Numbered from the stretch's first letter, positions 1-14,890 are shown. The stretch is DNA of 64,000 nucleotides from Octopus vulgaris (GCA_951406725.2 OX597832.1:21080001-21144000); one strand, 5' to 3'. The notes: generated by a model from the letters alone, not told the origin. Program-made: numbers and translations.

Positions 1-204
1 GGGGGCAAAAATATTAACATATAGCTTATAACATGGCTCTTATAGCTTATCTATCATATCTTAACAAATATTTTATTATTATGAAATATTCTGTAAAAAT
101 ATTCTGTGAAACCATATTAATTCGATGGATAAAAATATACATATAAATATAATTTATCTTATATGTATTGAATTATAATGTATGCATATATATGTGTTAT
201 TAAG

Positions 205-385
205 GTTGCCGTGTCCCCAAAACATGTACCGAAAATGATAAAAATCAAATATCCAGTCAACATGTTGGTGCTTGGTGTGCTCACCATTGATGGCGACTTT
301 ATGCCTCCATTCACCGTCACACGCAGCCCCACACTCAACACAGAGGCTTACATCAAGTGCTGGAGGTGGTAGTGCAACCCTGAGA
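205..385 (+). pseudogene. Tc1/mariner-type DDE transposase fragment
   Basis: ORF 178..372 contains KIKYPVNMLVLGVLTIDGDFMPPFTVTRSPTLNTEAYIKC, resembling the K..HP.SVMV.G....G..MPP.......N...YI segment of Tc1/mariner transposases; short and truncated. Confidence 0.6.
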
Positions 386-513
386 CAAGAGCTGCTGGAA
401 GACACTGGTTCACCAGTCAGCGTCATTAGACTGTGGCCGCCATAACGGAATAGGAGGTTTATTTGCATATTCAAAACTTTTCCTGTAAACAAATTTAGAA
501 GATGCACACACAC

Positions 514-625
<112 letters not shown>

Positions 626-793
626 TGAGAAGGCATTATTCTCCCTGTGGCTATAGACGAAGACATTTACTCAAAGTACTACGCAGGGGAACGGAACCCG
701 GAACCATGTGGTTGTAAAGCAAACTTCTTACCACATGACCACACCTCTGTGTCTGTCTGTGTGTGTGTGTGTGCACATATATATATATAAATT

Positions 794-858
<65 letters not shown>

Positions 859-880
859 GTAGGTCGGTAGGTAAGGTAGG

Positions 881-970
<90 letters not shown>
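794..970. repeat. (GATA)n microsatellite
   Basis: Directly visible tandem GATA array; similar arrays at ~35560-35680, 49255-49405, 49690-49770, 54850-55000, 60500-60685. Confidence 0.98.
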
Positions 971-972
<2 letters not shown>

Positions 973-1567
973 AATTATGGACTTCCTTTCAGCTTCGTTC
1001 CCCTCCAACAGTTGTCACATGTCTCCAATTCGCGCTACAATATTCCATGTCACACAACAAACACAACAAACCTACAGAACAGCATGACACTCTAACTCAA
1101 CACAGCATTCTACTTCCCTTTAAAAAAAATAAAAGTATTTATTCCACCCATCCACACATCGAGTTATCCACCCATCTATCCATCCATCCATCCAACCATC
1201 CATCCTTCCATCCATCTATCATTTACCTCGTTACTCCGGCTCCGGTCTTTCAATTTTCCCAACTTTCCAGCTTTCGTATTAGTCTCTCTCTCTCTCTATC
1301 TCTCTATCTTTCTAATCCTAACCCTAGCCCTTCCTATCCATACTACCCCAACCACCAACGCCAACACTGTCCCTTACCCCCAACATCACAAATCAACCAA
1401 CCAATACAACCATCCAACTCTATCACTTATAAATACTTTATCAAGCAAGGCCGTTTCTCGTACGTCGAACGCCGAACGTATATACGGCCATAAAAATGAA
1501 AAATATATAATGAAAAAAAAAACGTATCTCCACACACACGTGTCAGCCACCGATCAATATGGCTTCC

Positions 1568-1830
1568 AAATCGTGTATTATTCAACAAGTGAAAACCTAT
1601 CTTGTGGAGAGATTTGTGAGCATATCTTCTTACATATTTCATTGGAACGAGGGAACAAACAAACAAAAATAATATAAAATAAATCCTCCCAGTGTACTGT
1701 ATAATACTTTAGCAACACAAACCCATACACACACACAAACACGCACACACACATACACATATATATGTATAAATATATCTATACATGTGTGTGTATGTAA
1801 GCATACATATATTAATATATATGCATATAT
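1568..1830. repeat. Inverted duplicate of 5605-5668 + 6038-6233 (empty site of the short Helitron)
   Basis: 1568-1765 is the reverse complement of 6038-6233; 1766-1787 is the reverse complement of 5647-5668; similarity continues with mismatches to ~1830. Confidence 0.9.
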
Positions 1831-1875
1831 ACGTGCGTGTATATACATACATATAAATATATATATCTATATATA

Positions 1876-1954
<79 letters not shown>

Positions 1955-2182
1955 TATATATATATATATATATCTATATATATGTACATATATATATATA
2001 TCTATATATATGTACATATATATATATCTATATATATGTACATATATATATACATATCTATATATATGTACATATATATATATATATATATATGCACATA
2101 TATATATATACATAAATATATGTCTATATATATATATATACATATATATATGTATGTATGTATATGCCTATATATATACATA

Positions 2183-2241
<59 letters not shown>

Positions 2242-2498
2242 GGCATATATATATATATATACATACATATATATGAACATATATTTAAATATGTCCATAT
2301 ATGTACGTATGCATGTAGGCCTTGCCTACTGTTATATATTTCTCTCCTCCATCATTTTCTCCGTTTCTCTTGTCATCCTAGCTTTTTACCTTCCGCATAT
2401 TCGCCACACCACCAGCATCACAAATTGCAAAATCCAAATCTGCCATCGTCCCTGACGCGACGACTACGACGACGAAGACCACCACCACCACCATCAAT

Positions 2499-2532
<34 letters not shown>

Positions 2533-2574
2533 CCGTCAGCGATATCACGAGTAAGAACAAAAACTTTCTGATCA

Positions 2575-2631
2575 GCACTACTACCACTACTGCACCACCA
2601 CCACCACCACCATCATCATCATCACCATCAC

Positions 2632-2681
<50 letters not shown>

Positions 2682-2712
2682 CGATCGCCATCATCATCGC
2701 CATCACCATCGC

Positions 2713-2769
<57 letters not shown>

Positions 2770-2812
2770 TCACCATCATCATCATCATCATCATATCATC
2801 ATCACCACCACC
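2575..2812. repeat. (CAC)n/(CAT)n trinucleotide microsatellite
   Basis: Directly visible; produces the spurious poly-Asp ORF 2378..2884. Confidence 0.95.
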
Positions 2813-3096
2813 AGTGAGAGTGGCAGTAGCAACATCGTTATCACCGTTACTGTCGCTAGCTCCTTGCCGTTGAGGATCCCTCATATTTTAGACGCTTTTG
2901 TTCAGGCTGACATATCCGAAATATATACGTAATACACACACAAATACACACATACACATACAAACACACACACACACAGCCATATGAGACTCAATATATC
3001 ATACATATTTAAAAATATGATATATAGTTTTACATACGGTTACGTACATACATAAGTACATGATCACCAATGTATATAAGCACACAAACACGCACT

Positions 3097-3136
<40 letters not shown>

Positions 3137-3190
3137 CATTCATGTATATTTGTGGAAATGTATAACATATCTATAAATATACATGTAAAT

Positions 3191-3263
<73 letters not shown>

Positions 3264-3812
3264 TACAGGTATATGCATTTAAATATATTGATATATGTAT
3301 AAGATATACTTATGCATCCATATATAAATATATATATATATATATATATGCAAACGTGTAAGTATATGTGGGTGTATACATGTATATATATACATATATG
3401 TGTGTCTGTGTGTGTGTGTGAGTATGATTATCAACACACACACATACTAATATAAACGCAAATATATTTAACAAAATTGCATATTTACACACATCCATTT
3501 GTATACGTTCTACTATCTATCACATGCATCTATATTTGTTTGACGCCATTAAGCGTTCCCTATTATATATTTGACAAGGTGGGTACTATATATTACATAT
3601 ATATATATATCTATATATGCTTGCATATGTATTAATTTCAGTATCCGTTACGATCTTTATGTATGTCCGCCAATGTGCATCTGTCAATGTACGTGCAATT
3701 TTTGTTGGATACTGCGCGTCCATGTAAGTATTGGTGTGTGTGTATGTGTGCAAGTGCTCATATGATATTCAATAAAGTGGTAGGATACACACACACATAT
3801 TTATACACACAC

Positions 3813-3924
<112 letters not shown>

Positions 3925-4035
3925 GCATAATTTATGAGCAACTATATCTGTGGGCGAAACATAGATAAGAACGCGTATATGTGGATCTACTACGTACTCA
4001 TGTGCACACATACACACATACACGGATGCATGTGC

Positions 4036-4067
<32 letters not shown>

Positions 4068-4673
4068 ATATTTATATATATCCAATCCACATATCCACAT
4101 ACACAAACATGAACACCGAAGCATACAAGAGCCAGCAATTATATATGATTTATGTTCTAAGAAAGTATTACATTACACACATATGTGTATGTATATATGT
4201 GTGTGTGTGTACGCGGGCGCGTATGTATCTATATGTGTGTGTGTGTGTGTGCTTATATTTACATATATGATAGGTGTATAGATTGGCCGGCAGACGAGCA
4301 GAACGACTGATTGTATGGGAGTGAAAGTGAAAGAGAAACAAGTACAGGATTATCGTACGAGTACAAATCGAGAAATTACACATTTATATACGGATACGCA
4401 TCACAGTCATATCTATAGCTGCACACATAATGACTACATACACACACAAAATTATATATATATATATATATATACGTATATATAAATATATATACGTATA
4501 TATATATAAATATATATATGTGTGTACGTGTGTGTGTCTGTGTGTGTTTGTATGCATGAGTTCAACAAAATTTAGGTTCAGATGAATATGGTACTTAAGT
4601 TGAGGAACCAAAATTTAGTACGGTATTATACATACAATTTCAAAATAAGGTGATATATATATATATATATGTT

Positions 4674-4729
<56 letters not shown>

Positions 4730-4963
4730 TAAACATATATATATTTGTTGGGTGGAGGTGCTTATTTTCCCTGTTTGAAAACATAAGGACACAGAATGCT
4801 TGTGTCGCGTAGCCAACTAGATACGATGTTTCTTGGGGCTAAATAACATTAGCATTCTTCCCTTTCCTGGGACTGCCACATTAAATTGGCAACAAACCAT
4901 GACTTCATCATGCTGTTACTGAGAGATTTAGAAATGGAATATTTCTAATTTTATTTATGTATA

Positions 4964-5371
4964 GGCGCAGGAGTGGCTGTGTGGTAAGTAGCTTGCTAAC
5001 CAACCACATTGTTCCGGGATCAGTCCCACTGCGTGGCATCTTGGGCAAGTGTCTTCTGCTATAGCCCCGGGCCGACCAATGCCTTGTGAGTGGATTTGGT
5101 AGACGGAAACTGAAAGAAGCCTGTCGTATATATGTATATATATGTATGTGTGTGTTTGTGTGTCTGTGTTTGTCCCCTTAGCATCGCTTGACAACCGATG
5201 CTGGTGTGTTTACGTCCCCGTCACTTAGCGGTTCGGCAAAAAAAGAGACCGATAGAATAAGTACTGGGCTTACAAAGAATAAGTCCCGGGGTCGAGTTGC
5301 TCGATTAAAGGCGGTGCTCCAGCATGGCCGCAGTCAAATGACTGAAACAAGTAAAAGAGAAAGAGAAAGAG
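4964..5371 (+). mobile_element. tRNA-derived SINE, family 1 (internal (TA)n/(TG)n, tail ...CTGAAACAAGTAAAAGAG), full length
   Basis: A-box-like TGGCTGTGTGG, B-box-like GGATCAGTCCC, CCTTGGGCAAGT-type core and conserved tail; more than 10 similar copies in the window. Confidence 0.9.
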
Positions 5372-5668
5372 TATATATATGTGTGTGCGTCTGTGTTCGT
5401 GTGTTTGTGTATATGTGTGTACTGACATTTATAATTAAACATAAATTTCTGGTTTCTTAGTGACTTCGGTATCAGTAGTAAAATGCCATCTTTTATTGGT
5501 TATGGTGTTTTGCAGGGCAAATCTTTAGATATATTACTATTATTAATAATGCTTAACAAATTTTTGGAAAGAATAATTAAGCTGTTAAGACATTTCGTAA
5601 GACATTTATGCCTATACATTAATATATGTATGTTTACACACACTATCATGTATAGATATATTTATACA

Positions 5669-6037
5669 CTAGCAGTATCGCCCGGCGTTGCTCGGGTTTG
5701 TAAGGAAATAACTATAAAGCATTTTTAGATAGTTATAGCCAAAAAATTGGGAAAAAATGATGGTAAATTTTTTTTTTAGTTAAAAAGGTCGATGTGCGTC
5801 CCCTAGACAGTCTGTGGTTTGTGTTTCTGATTCTCGACCCCATGTCGAATTTATCGATTTTTCAGAACTGGGGGAACTTTTCAAAATTTTCGCTGCGTTA
5901 GTTTTGAATTATGACATTGGGCTATGTGTGTGTCAAGTTTCATCAGAATCGGTTGAAAGCCGTGGTCAGGGTGAGGGTACAAGCAAACAGACACACAGAA
6001 ACACACACAGACAAACTGCCGTTTATATATAGAGAGA
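5669..6037 (-). mobile_element. Non-autonomous Helitron (369 bp), sharing both outer ends with the 42629-45317 element
   Basis: Minus strand starts TCTCTCTATATATAAAC and ends CCCGAGCAACGCCGGG hairpin + CGATACTG + CTAG; sits between A and T with no TSD; empty site at 1765/1766. Confidence 0.93.
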
Positions 6038-7944
6038 TATATATGTGTATGTGTGTGTGCGTGTTTGTGTGTGTATGGGTTTGTGTTGCTAAAGTATTAT
6101 ACAGTACACTGGGAGGATTTATTTTATATTATTTTTGTTTGTTTGTTCCCTCGTTCCAATGAAATATGTAAGAAGATATGCTCACAAATCTCTCCACAAG
6201 ATAGGTTTTCACTTGTTGAATAATACACGATTTAAAAACATGGTAAGTTGTTTAAAACTTTTAATCGCTGTTTAGATGGGAGACTTGAAATCTTAAATAA
6301 ATATGGAGCAATATCTATCTAAGCTTCAGCTTAGCAAATGTTTGTAAAGATTTGAAGGTTATTTGAGTTATTTGCTCACTACGTCACCGGTATTGAGGCA
6401 ATTGAGAAATAGGTAATATTACACTTCTGTTTCGTTATCATATATGTGACTGGAGAATTGCTCGGGTTAGTGAACACGTAATGAAGGGACGTAGACAGAA
6501 AACGTATCTAAGCAACACTGATCATCGTTGTCGTCGTTATCGTTGGTGTTTTTGTTGTTGTTGTAGCTATCATCTAAGCCAACGTTAGCCTCCATTAAGC
6601 AAAACTCTGATCAAAGACGTCTTTTCACTGACGATCCTATAATATTTTTGACATAACCTATACAGGGGTACAAATCACACGTACCCATAACTCTTGTTTT
6701 TGAAGTGACAGTAAGTAAGATGCAAAGAATTTTACTCTCTTATTTCTAGCACACTGAGCGGCCAGGCCACTTAGCTTTGTCCACATCTTGGTTGTGCGTG
6801 AGGCAGTGACATTCTCAGTATATGAGTGCAGTAGACTAATTTAAGTTTCATTTACTGTTAGTCTATTAGAATTTAGCATATATTTATCTGTGGGGCACCT
6901 GGCTAAGTGTGACATTTTTACAATATATTTTTTATCTAATACTACTATGTTCTTTTATGCATGCAGCTAAACAAGTAACTTGTGTATACATGTGTATATA
7001 AGTATGTGTGTATGTTTTATTTCTTTTCTGACGTTTTCAACGGACTATTTTATTTTAAAAATTTAATAAACGATCAAGAAGAAGAAAATAAGGTTTTTAA
7101 TTAACATAACGTCAAAATTAGTAATAGAGTTCCTAAAGCAATAGCAAATTAATTATCACATACTGTACAGATATAACTGGGTTAATTAACTCCAATTGTT
7201 AGACCTAGATTTAGCTCCACGGTTCCTTGCAATCATACAGTCTTGAAAACTATACGACAAATCAGATTAATTGGAATAAATCCTAGATGCTAACCATATA
7301 AGCCGGTGGGGTGTTTAGGTTTGGAAAATTTTAGCTCATAATCCAAATTTAGAGCAGCTGAGCAGCACTTAAGATAAACGGAATTAATTCAAAACTAGCA
7401 GCATTGAATTAAGAAAGGTCAAAATATACAAATAAAACGCGTGCGGGCGCACACACATGCACACACGGTATTCTGTCAGCTACGACGACGAGGGTTCCAG
7501 TTGATCCGATCAACAGAACAACCTGATTATGGAATTAACGTGGAAATGGGTAAGAATGTCACAAAAACGCTATTACCCTATCGTGTGGGGTTTCGAACGT
7601 CCTAGCTTGATTTACGCGTTCGCCACCACAACCTCGTTTAGGCTTAGTAGTCCTTCCTGTTTGTTGTCACTGTCCTGTTTGTGTTACCTATTTTGACCTT
7701 CAGCAAAATCCCAAATTTAATTTAATTTGCTTTGCGGGAGCAACTGTTTTATCGAAAGCGTATATTGTTGTTAAATGCTCGAAATACGAGACTAGAAAAA
7801 GAGCCAACAACTGATGAAGGATCGTTCTTTATGTTTGTTTTGTTCTCCATTTGTGTCTTTCGTTGTTCGAAAGAAAGTTCATGCTCTATGTACTCGTACT
7901 TCGTACTTTTTTGTTGTACACGTCTCATGACGTCCTGTGCCAAC

Positions 7945-7986
<42 letters not shown>

Positions 7987-8248
7987 ATTACTTTATATAA
8001 TTAGGGTTCAGCAAAAAAATTTACTTTACCACATACCGAACTTTTAGAAATAGCAGCCAAAGAATTTAGCTATTGACAATATATATATATATATATATAT
8101 ATATGTATAAATAAACGTATAGATATATGTACATATACGTATGTATATATGCATATGTATATATATATATGTGTGTGTGTGTGTGTGCGTGTGTGTGTGT
8201 GTTATTTATATTATTACATGATTGAACGTCACGCATCCTCTTCCAAGT

Positions 8249-8279
<31 letters not shown>

Positions 8280-9153
8280 ATATATACACCCAGAAAGACA
8301 GCTACAGGGAAAAGAGACTGACTAAAGAAGTGATGGCACATATGAGGTCTTTCGTTGACCTTTTCTTAGTCTCTCTGTCCTCCTTCCTCTTCGTTTTTCT
8401 TTGTTTAATTCGTCTTATTTTCCTCCTCATTTATCTCCCTTTCTTACACTCTTTCTATTATTAAATTTTTTTGACGCCACCCACAAGATTTCTATTTTTC
8501 TCTCTCTTTTTTTTGTATTTCTAAATCCTTCTCATCGATTTATTCCTTATCTTTATCTCAATACGCCGCCCTAATTCACCCATCACTGAAGGTCTCGACA
8601 TCCCTCTTTCTCTCCTTTCTTTCTCCGTCTTTCTACACGTTGTTTTCTCCATCTATTTCCTTTTCATTGTCTTTCTCTCTCACAATTTCTATATGTAGCT
8701 CTCTCTCTCTCTCTCCATCTCTCTCCCCATCTCTCCCTAACGTTCACCTCCTCTCTTTCTATCTCTCTAACTTTCTTATCACTTCCTGTTTTTCTTTGCA
8801 ATTTCACTTCTTTCCACCTCGTCCAAACTACAATTTTACTCCCCAGCCTTTCATATTTCATGTTTTTAAAAATTTTATATATGTATTTATTAGTTAATTG
8901 CTCCTTCTGTGTCTCATTCTCTCTCTCTCTTTTTCTCCGTCTATTTGTCCTTTATTATTTTATGATTCCATTTTGTTTTGTTATAATTTTTTTATATATG
9001 TATTTGCGTTTGTTTGTTTTTAAATATCATATTGTCCCATTATGAACACTTCAGAACACTTTCTATATTATCTCCCTTTATCATCTCTTTTAAAAAGTTA
9101 CAATTCTTTCGTTCAGCCGAAAATTCGTACGCTTTCTACTTCTTCCTTCTTCT

Positions 9154-9188
<35 letters not shown>

Positions 9189-10108
9189 GTCTTTCTCTTT
9201 CTCTCCCCATCTCACTCATTTACTCACACACGTTTTTATCGCTATGGTTCTCTTTCATTTTCTCTTTGTCTCAATCATTTTCCCCCCTCATCTACTTTAT
9301 CTATCTTAGTCGCCATTTTATTCAAGAACTGCTATTCTCAAATTCCTATCAATTCATTACACAACGCAATTTGTCTTAAAGATCGTTCAAAATGCATTCA
9401 TTTCAAAATGTTGGAATCATTAAATCTGTTGCCATTAACAGATTTTTTTTTCTTCTTTTCTGTTTAGAAACAAAATAATTAAAACGTTAATTAAATATAC
9501 TAGTTCCACACCACAAATAATAACGATTTCAAATTTTAGCACAAGGCCAGACATTCCGGGAGAGGAGACGTATCGATTACATCGACTCCCTTGCTCAAAT
9601 AGTGTTTATTTTATCGAATCCGAAAAGATATGAGGCAAGTTGACCCCGGTGGAGTTTGAACTCAACAGCAACAACAACAGCAGCAGCGGTGGCGGCGGCA
9701 ACAACTACAGCGACAGCAACAACAACAATAAAACAAAGAAAGAAGACCGGCGTCGTCAAAACTGAAAGTTGTGTAATGAAAGATAAATTTAAACAAGGAA
9801 TGAAAACCAAATATGGAAAAGCATGGAAGGAAAAAAAAAGTGTATGTGTGTGTGTGTATAATGAGAGAGAAGAGAGAGACTGATAGTAACATTTTTGCTA
9901 TTTCCTTGTAAAATCAGTCGAAATTGACGCGTTTTAAGTGATATTTTGATTTCAAAAGTTGATACAACAGTGAATTCACAACAAATGGAAATCGCATTGA
10001 TCAGATTACCGAAGTTATATGGAGGGCAAGATGATCTTATTCAGAAACCAATAATATTTTGTTCGGTGCCGGATGAATTTCGAAAGGAAAAATTGGTCAA
10101 GAATGGAT

Positions 10109-10148
<40 letters not shown>

Positions 10149-10543
10149 TAAACATACATACACACGCACACACGCATACACGCACACACACACTCAGTCA
10201 CATATATATAGAGAGAGACAGAGAGATAGATATACATATATACTTAAACATCTAGCTATCTATATACATTTATACGTACACACGCAAAATGGACAAAGAC
10301 AACATAAGTGGTATTTATGCTTTATATGATGTACACGTGTTTCAGAAAGCCTACCATTGTTAATTACATGAGCCTAAGGTTCTATTGTGTAACTAAATAT
10401 AGCCGGTTGACTTCATCAGCGTTATGGGCATACCATAGTCTATTAATTTCATAATGCGTCACGACTTCCGACACAAATTATGGAATATATATGTGAGTAT
10501 ATTTATGAGGGTGTGTGACAGTGCGCCGCGTGAATGAAAGTGT

Positions 10544-10575
<32 letters not shown>

Positions 10576-11056
10576 GCGCGTGTGTGTGTGTGTGTGTATG
10601 AGTGTGTGCATGTTTGTGCATATCACTGTAACTGAGTAGATCGACCAAAACCAAACGATAAAATAAGTGCCGCAAATAAAATAAGTACGAGGGTTGAATT
10701 CATCGAGGGAACACTTCAAGAACAGTGGTGAAGCATGATCGCAATCGGATGATTAAAAATATGTGATTATATGTGTGTGTATGTCTACTTACATGTAAGG
10801 AAAAAATATATTCAAAATAGGCGCACGCACGCACACACATACACATATATATGGGACTATGTACATACAGGCATGTATGCACATATATACTGACTGCATA
10901 GAAACATATACAAACAAATAGATAGACAGATAGATGATATATATATATGTGTGTATGTATATATTTATACATATACATTTATATCTGTATATATACATTT
11001 ATTTAGATATATAAATGTATATTTGTGTGTATATATATATATTTGTGTGTGTATGG

Positions 11057-11088
<32 letters not shown>

Positions 11089-11901
11089 TATGCATTTATA
11101 TATATATGCGTGTGTGTGTGTACGTATATGGATATACATTTACATATGTGTATGGCTATATATTATAATACATATAGAATACATATATAAATGAGCACAC
11201 ACGTGCGCTCTCAGACAGATATATATATATACATATGTGTGTGCGCGTGTGTGTTTGCGCGCGCGTGTGTGTGTATGTATGTGTGTGTATGTGTGTGTGT
11301 ATGTGTATCGGATGTTAAATTTGATTAGCGGAAACATATGAAATCAATACCGTGGTAGACAAATCATGGTAATTCTGTTTAACGCAAATATAACTGCTTC
11401 AAAACAGAAAAGAAAAGAAAGAAAACGGACAACAACAACAACAACATTCTCTTTCTGTTTCTCTTCATATTTTTCTTTCTTTCTTTCTTTGTTTTTTTTT
11501 GTTCCTAATCATCATCTAAATATCGATATTACACACGATTTGTTGATTCATTTTTGTTCCAATAATAACTTCACACAAATACTTCAGAACAAGCTAAATA
11601 ACCTAGGAGAGCAAGATTTTTTTTTCAATTTTTATACATTTTTATAGTAACCTATCTCTTTATCCTTTCTGTTCTCTCTCTTCTCTGTGTCTTCACCCCT
11701 CTCTGTCTCACACTCTTTCTCTCTTCTCTGTGTCTTCCTCCATCTCTCTGTCTGTCTGTCACTCTATCTCTATCTCTCTCTCTCTGCCTCTCTAATTTTC
11801 TATCTATTTCTATCTATATCTATGTCTATCTATTCACATACTTCTCTCATGCTCTTTCGCTGTTTCTTTCTCTATCTTGTTTTCTTTCTTTCTGCTCCTC
11901 A

Positions 11902-11954
<53 letters not shown>

Positions 11955-12183
11955 ACTTTTCGACACTCCCTCATTCTTTTGACCTCTATTTCTCTTTATT
12001 TCTTTCCCTCTCTTATGACTGACTTCTCTCTGTATTCAGTTTTCGCTTGTGTCTGTCTCTCCGTTTCTGCCTGATGGTCCACATAAGTGTATGTGTATTC
12101 AGATACATACAGAAAGACGCAAGCTCACGCTAACACACAAAACATACAAACCCTCACAAAAATATTTATCTATATATGTATTA

Positions 12184-12502
12184 GGGTGGATTGAAAATAA
12201 AAAGAATTGTAGAAATTGAAAATGCCTGAGAGCTAAAATGTTGCCGTATATGATTACTACAAAAATACTAAATTTTCGCTGAGATCAATCAAGAACATTT
12301 ACTCCCTCAAGCCTCCTTAACTCTGAAAATGATCGATTTTTGTAATTTTTTTTTACAATGCGGGAGTTTGGTGGAGTTTTAAGGACTAAATGCCCTTGAC
12401 TGATCTAAGCAAAATTTTAGCATTTTTCTAGCAATAATATACAGCAACATTCAGGGTTCCGGGCATTTTCAGTTTTTACAATTTTTCATTTTCGCTCCAC
12501 CT
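12184..12502. mobile_element. Palindromic MITE flanked by TA (Tc1/mariner-type)
   Basis: Left GGGTGGATTGAAAATAAAAAGAATTGTAGAAATTGAAAATGCC matches the reverse complement of the right end (AGGTGGAGCGAAAATGAAAAATTGTAAAAACTGAAAATGCC); imperfect symmetry continues ~140 bp inward; TA at 12182-83 and 12503-04. Confidence 0.8.
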
Positions 12503-12528
12503 TAAATTACACAATCATACGTATGCTG

Positions 12529-12591
<63 letters not shown>

Positions 12592-13249
12592 TAGGAGAAA
12601 TGAGGTACTCAGAAAATCGAATGGTTTGTATTTACAGATATTTATTTGTATATTACATTTTTTATACATCATATAACTTAGATCATGTATTAGCGCTTTC
12701 TCCCATTCTAATGGGGTTTTCAAATCAAACTAAGTTCCTGTGTGAGGAGTTCTGACCATTTTATAGTGGTATTGAGGTTGTAGTGGTGATATATGTGTGT
12801 GTGTGTGTGTGTGTGTTTCTTTGTTGTAGTTTAATTTTAAAGCTAGTGTTTCATCCTGCCTATATTTAGATTGAATGAATCTAGTTGTTAAGCTTTCACT
12901 TTTGTATCATAATATGGAAGACAGTAGGGAAAATATAATTTTTTGTATGACTTAAACGATTGGTTGCTGTTTGGTTACGTATTTAGCAGTTGGTTATAGA
13001 TTTACTTATTGCATATATTTACCGATACTGTTATACAATAGGTTAAATGATTTTTTGAAAGTTATGGATTCTTTGGTATGTTTGTTCCCAAACAACACTT
13101 ATTTTAGTGCCGTTGACACCGCCAGATTAGATGATACTGCCAATAAGGATATCAGTAGGACAACTGATGATGGAGGTATATTGGTATGGCTGTTTTGTAT
13201 ATGTGAAATAGTATTATAACACATTATTTTGGTATGTGTATATATATAT

Positions 13250-13822
13250 ATAGGAGCAAAACACCCCCGTCCAATTGACGGTGCTGAGTTGTCAAACATT
13301 TAAACCAAATTTTCTCAAAACAATTTGTCCGACCGTACCATAGGTCTCCCCATTGAGAAACACTGATTTAACCTAAATTTGAGACACCAGCAGAAGAAGA
13401 AATAAAGATAGACTTTTTTCTATTCCAAAGAAAAGAGAGGTTTTGTTAAACGAAGTTAAGGCAAAAGAAAGAACTTCTTGAGAAAAAGTCTTTCCTTCCT
13501 TCATGCCAAGTTTGATGAAAATATATCTCTTTTGCATCTTACTTTTTGGGTTTCTTAAATATACTGCATTTTGTGGCATCATTTCAAGTCAGCCGGCTTA
13601 TTTTGCGCAAACAGCACGTGCATTTTTCTCGCAATTTTCTCGCGTACAAATGCACGTTCCCACGGCTTTATTGATCACATTCTCACCTGGAATCGATTTT
13701 TATAATCTTTTCAAGACTTATACACGCCCTGATACCGACGGTATTTTCATACCAAATTTCAGCGCAATCGGATGGCGGATGCCCGAGATCCTAGAAGACA
13801 CACAGACCGGCAGAACGGATTT

Positions 13823-13835
<13 letters not shown>
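13250..13835 (-). mobile_element. Probable non-autonomous Helitron, second family
   Basis: Minus strand begins TATATTATATAAAATCCGTTCTGCCGGTCTGTGTG..CCGATTGCGCTGAAATTTGG, an architecture like the other Helitron 5' ends; ends with CCGTC-AATTG-GACGG hairpin then CTAT (CTAG with one change); both flanks (TA)n. Confidence 0.55.
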
Positions 13836-13868
<33 letters not shown>

Positions 13869-13871
<3 letters not shown>

Positions 13872-13984
13872 CGTGATCACCATGACCGACCAGGCTATCA
13901 GATGTTGTTACACATCGCTGGTCACAATGCGCTTCGCATTGTTTTAGCTTTGAAATGACGCCACCCCGCTGGCTAAGCGGGCAG

Positions 13985-13988
<4 letters not shown>
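13869..13988 (-). mobile_element. Unclassified 120-bp element fragment embedded in (TA)n, probably a retroelement 3' end
   Basis: GC-richer island bounded by (TA)n on both sides, ending GGTCATGGTGATCACGGTGA on the minus strand. Confidence 0.4.
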
Positions 13989-14017
<29 letters not shown>

Positions 14018-14019
<2 letters not shown>

Positions 14020-14182
14020 GACGGGAATTCTTTCAGTTTCCGTCTACCAAATCCACTCACAAGGCTTTAGTTGGTATGTGGCTATAGTAGAAGACACTTG
14101 CCCAAGATGCCACACAGTGGGACTGAACCCGGAACCATGTGGTTGGGAAGTAAGCTTCTTGCCGCTCAGCCTCACCTGCCCT
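14018..14182 (-). mobile_element. SINE family 1, 5' half
   Basis: Reverse-complement match to the head of the 4964 copy; other partial copies at ~650-745, 15181-15325, 18680-19060, 25296-25430, 25931-26088, 32158-32325, 39753-39842. Confidence 0.8.
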
Positions 14183-14814
14183 TATGCTTCTTTTAAGTCT
14201 GGTATATTTGTTATCGATCCTCTATTCGGCGAAAAGCAAAGAAAATATGTATTTAAAATATGTAATTATATCGAGGTGAGAGAAGGCGAAACGGGAAACG
14301 ATTCATAAACAAGCGGCCATTTTAGTGAACAACGTGTAAAAAGGAAATTTCAACGTGCGTTGTTTACAGTGACCAGAACAAACGATAGGATCTCTTAGAA
14401 TAATAAGCAAACTACCAAGTTGACGTGAAAGGTTGGCTGTTATGAAGAAAGCATTAGAGAACGGCGAGCTTTAAACGATGAAACTGTTTAAACGTTAATG
14501 CAAATAAAGGTTGTTATATTTACGTCATGTAGTTGAAATGTCAGGAAGATGCTAAATTTTTCACGTAGTTAATTAGCAGACTTGGATACGCCACTAGTGG
14601 CTTCTTCAAAGTGGGATTTTTTTTAGTGACTAAGTCGTGATTTTATTTACTGTTTTGTATTTGTATTACATAGCTGTATCTCCTCTATTGACAACAAGCG
14701 AGAAAGAAATACTGATGTGATGTCTGGAAAATCCACCTATGTTTGAGTTCAGTCTAAAGGTAAAGTTAGAAAAACTACGAAGTATGTTCGTGGGCGAGGC
14801 AAGTCAACGGTAGT

Positions 14815-14890
<76 letters not shown>

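Noticed and set aside
2378-2884. Poly-Asp/Gly ORF; similarly 16829-17300 and 36858-37547
   Set aside because: Trinucleotide repeats open in several frames and on both strands, with no domain or splice evidence
4835-4955. Similarity to 53514-53645
   Set aside because: Short, diverged unclassified repeat with no diagnostic termini
9946-10110. Non-repetitive 55-codon stretch (MISKVDTTVNSQQMEIAL..)
   Set aside because: No recognisable homology or convincing splice sites; runs into (TA)n
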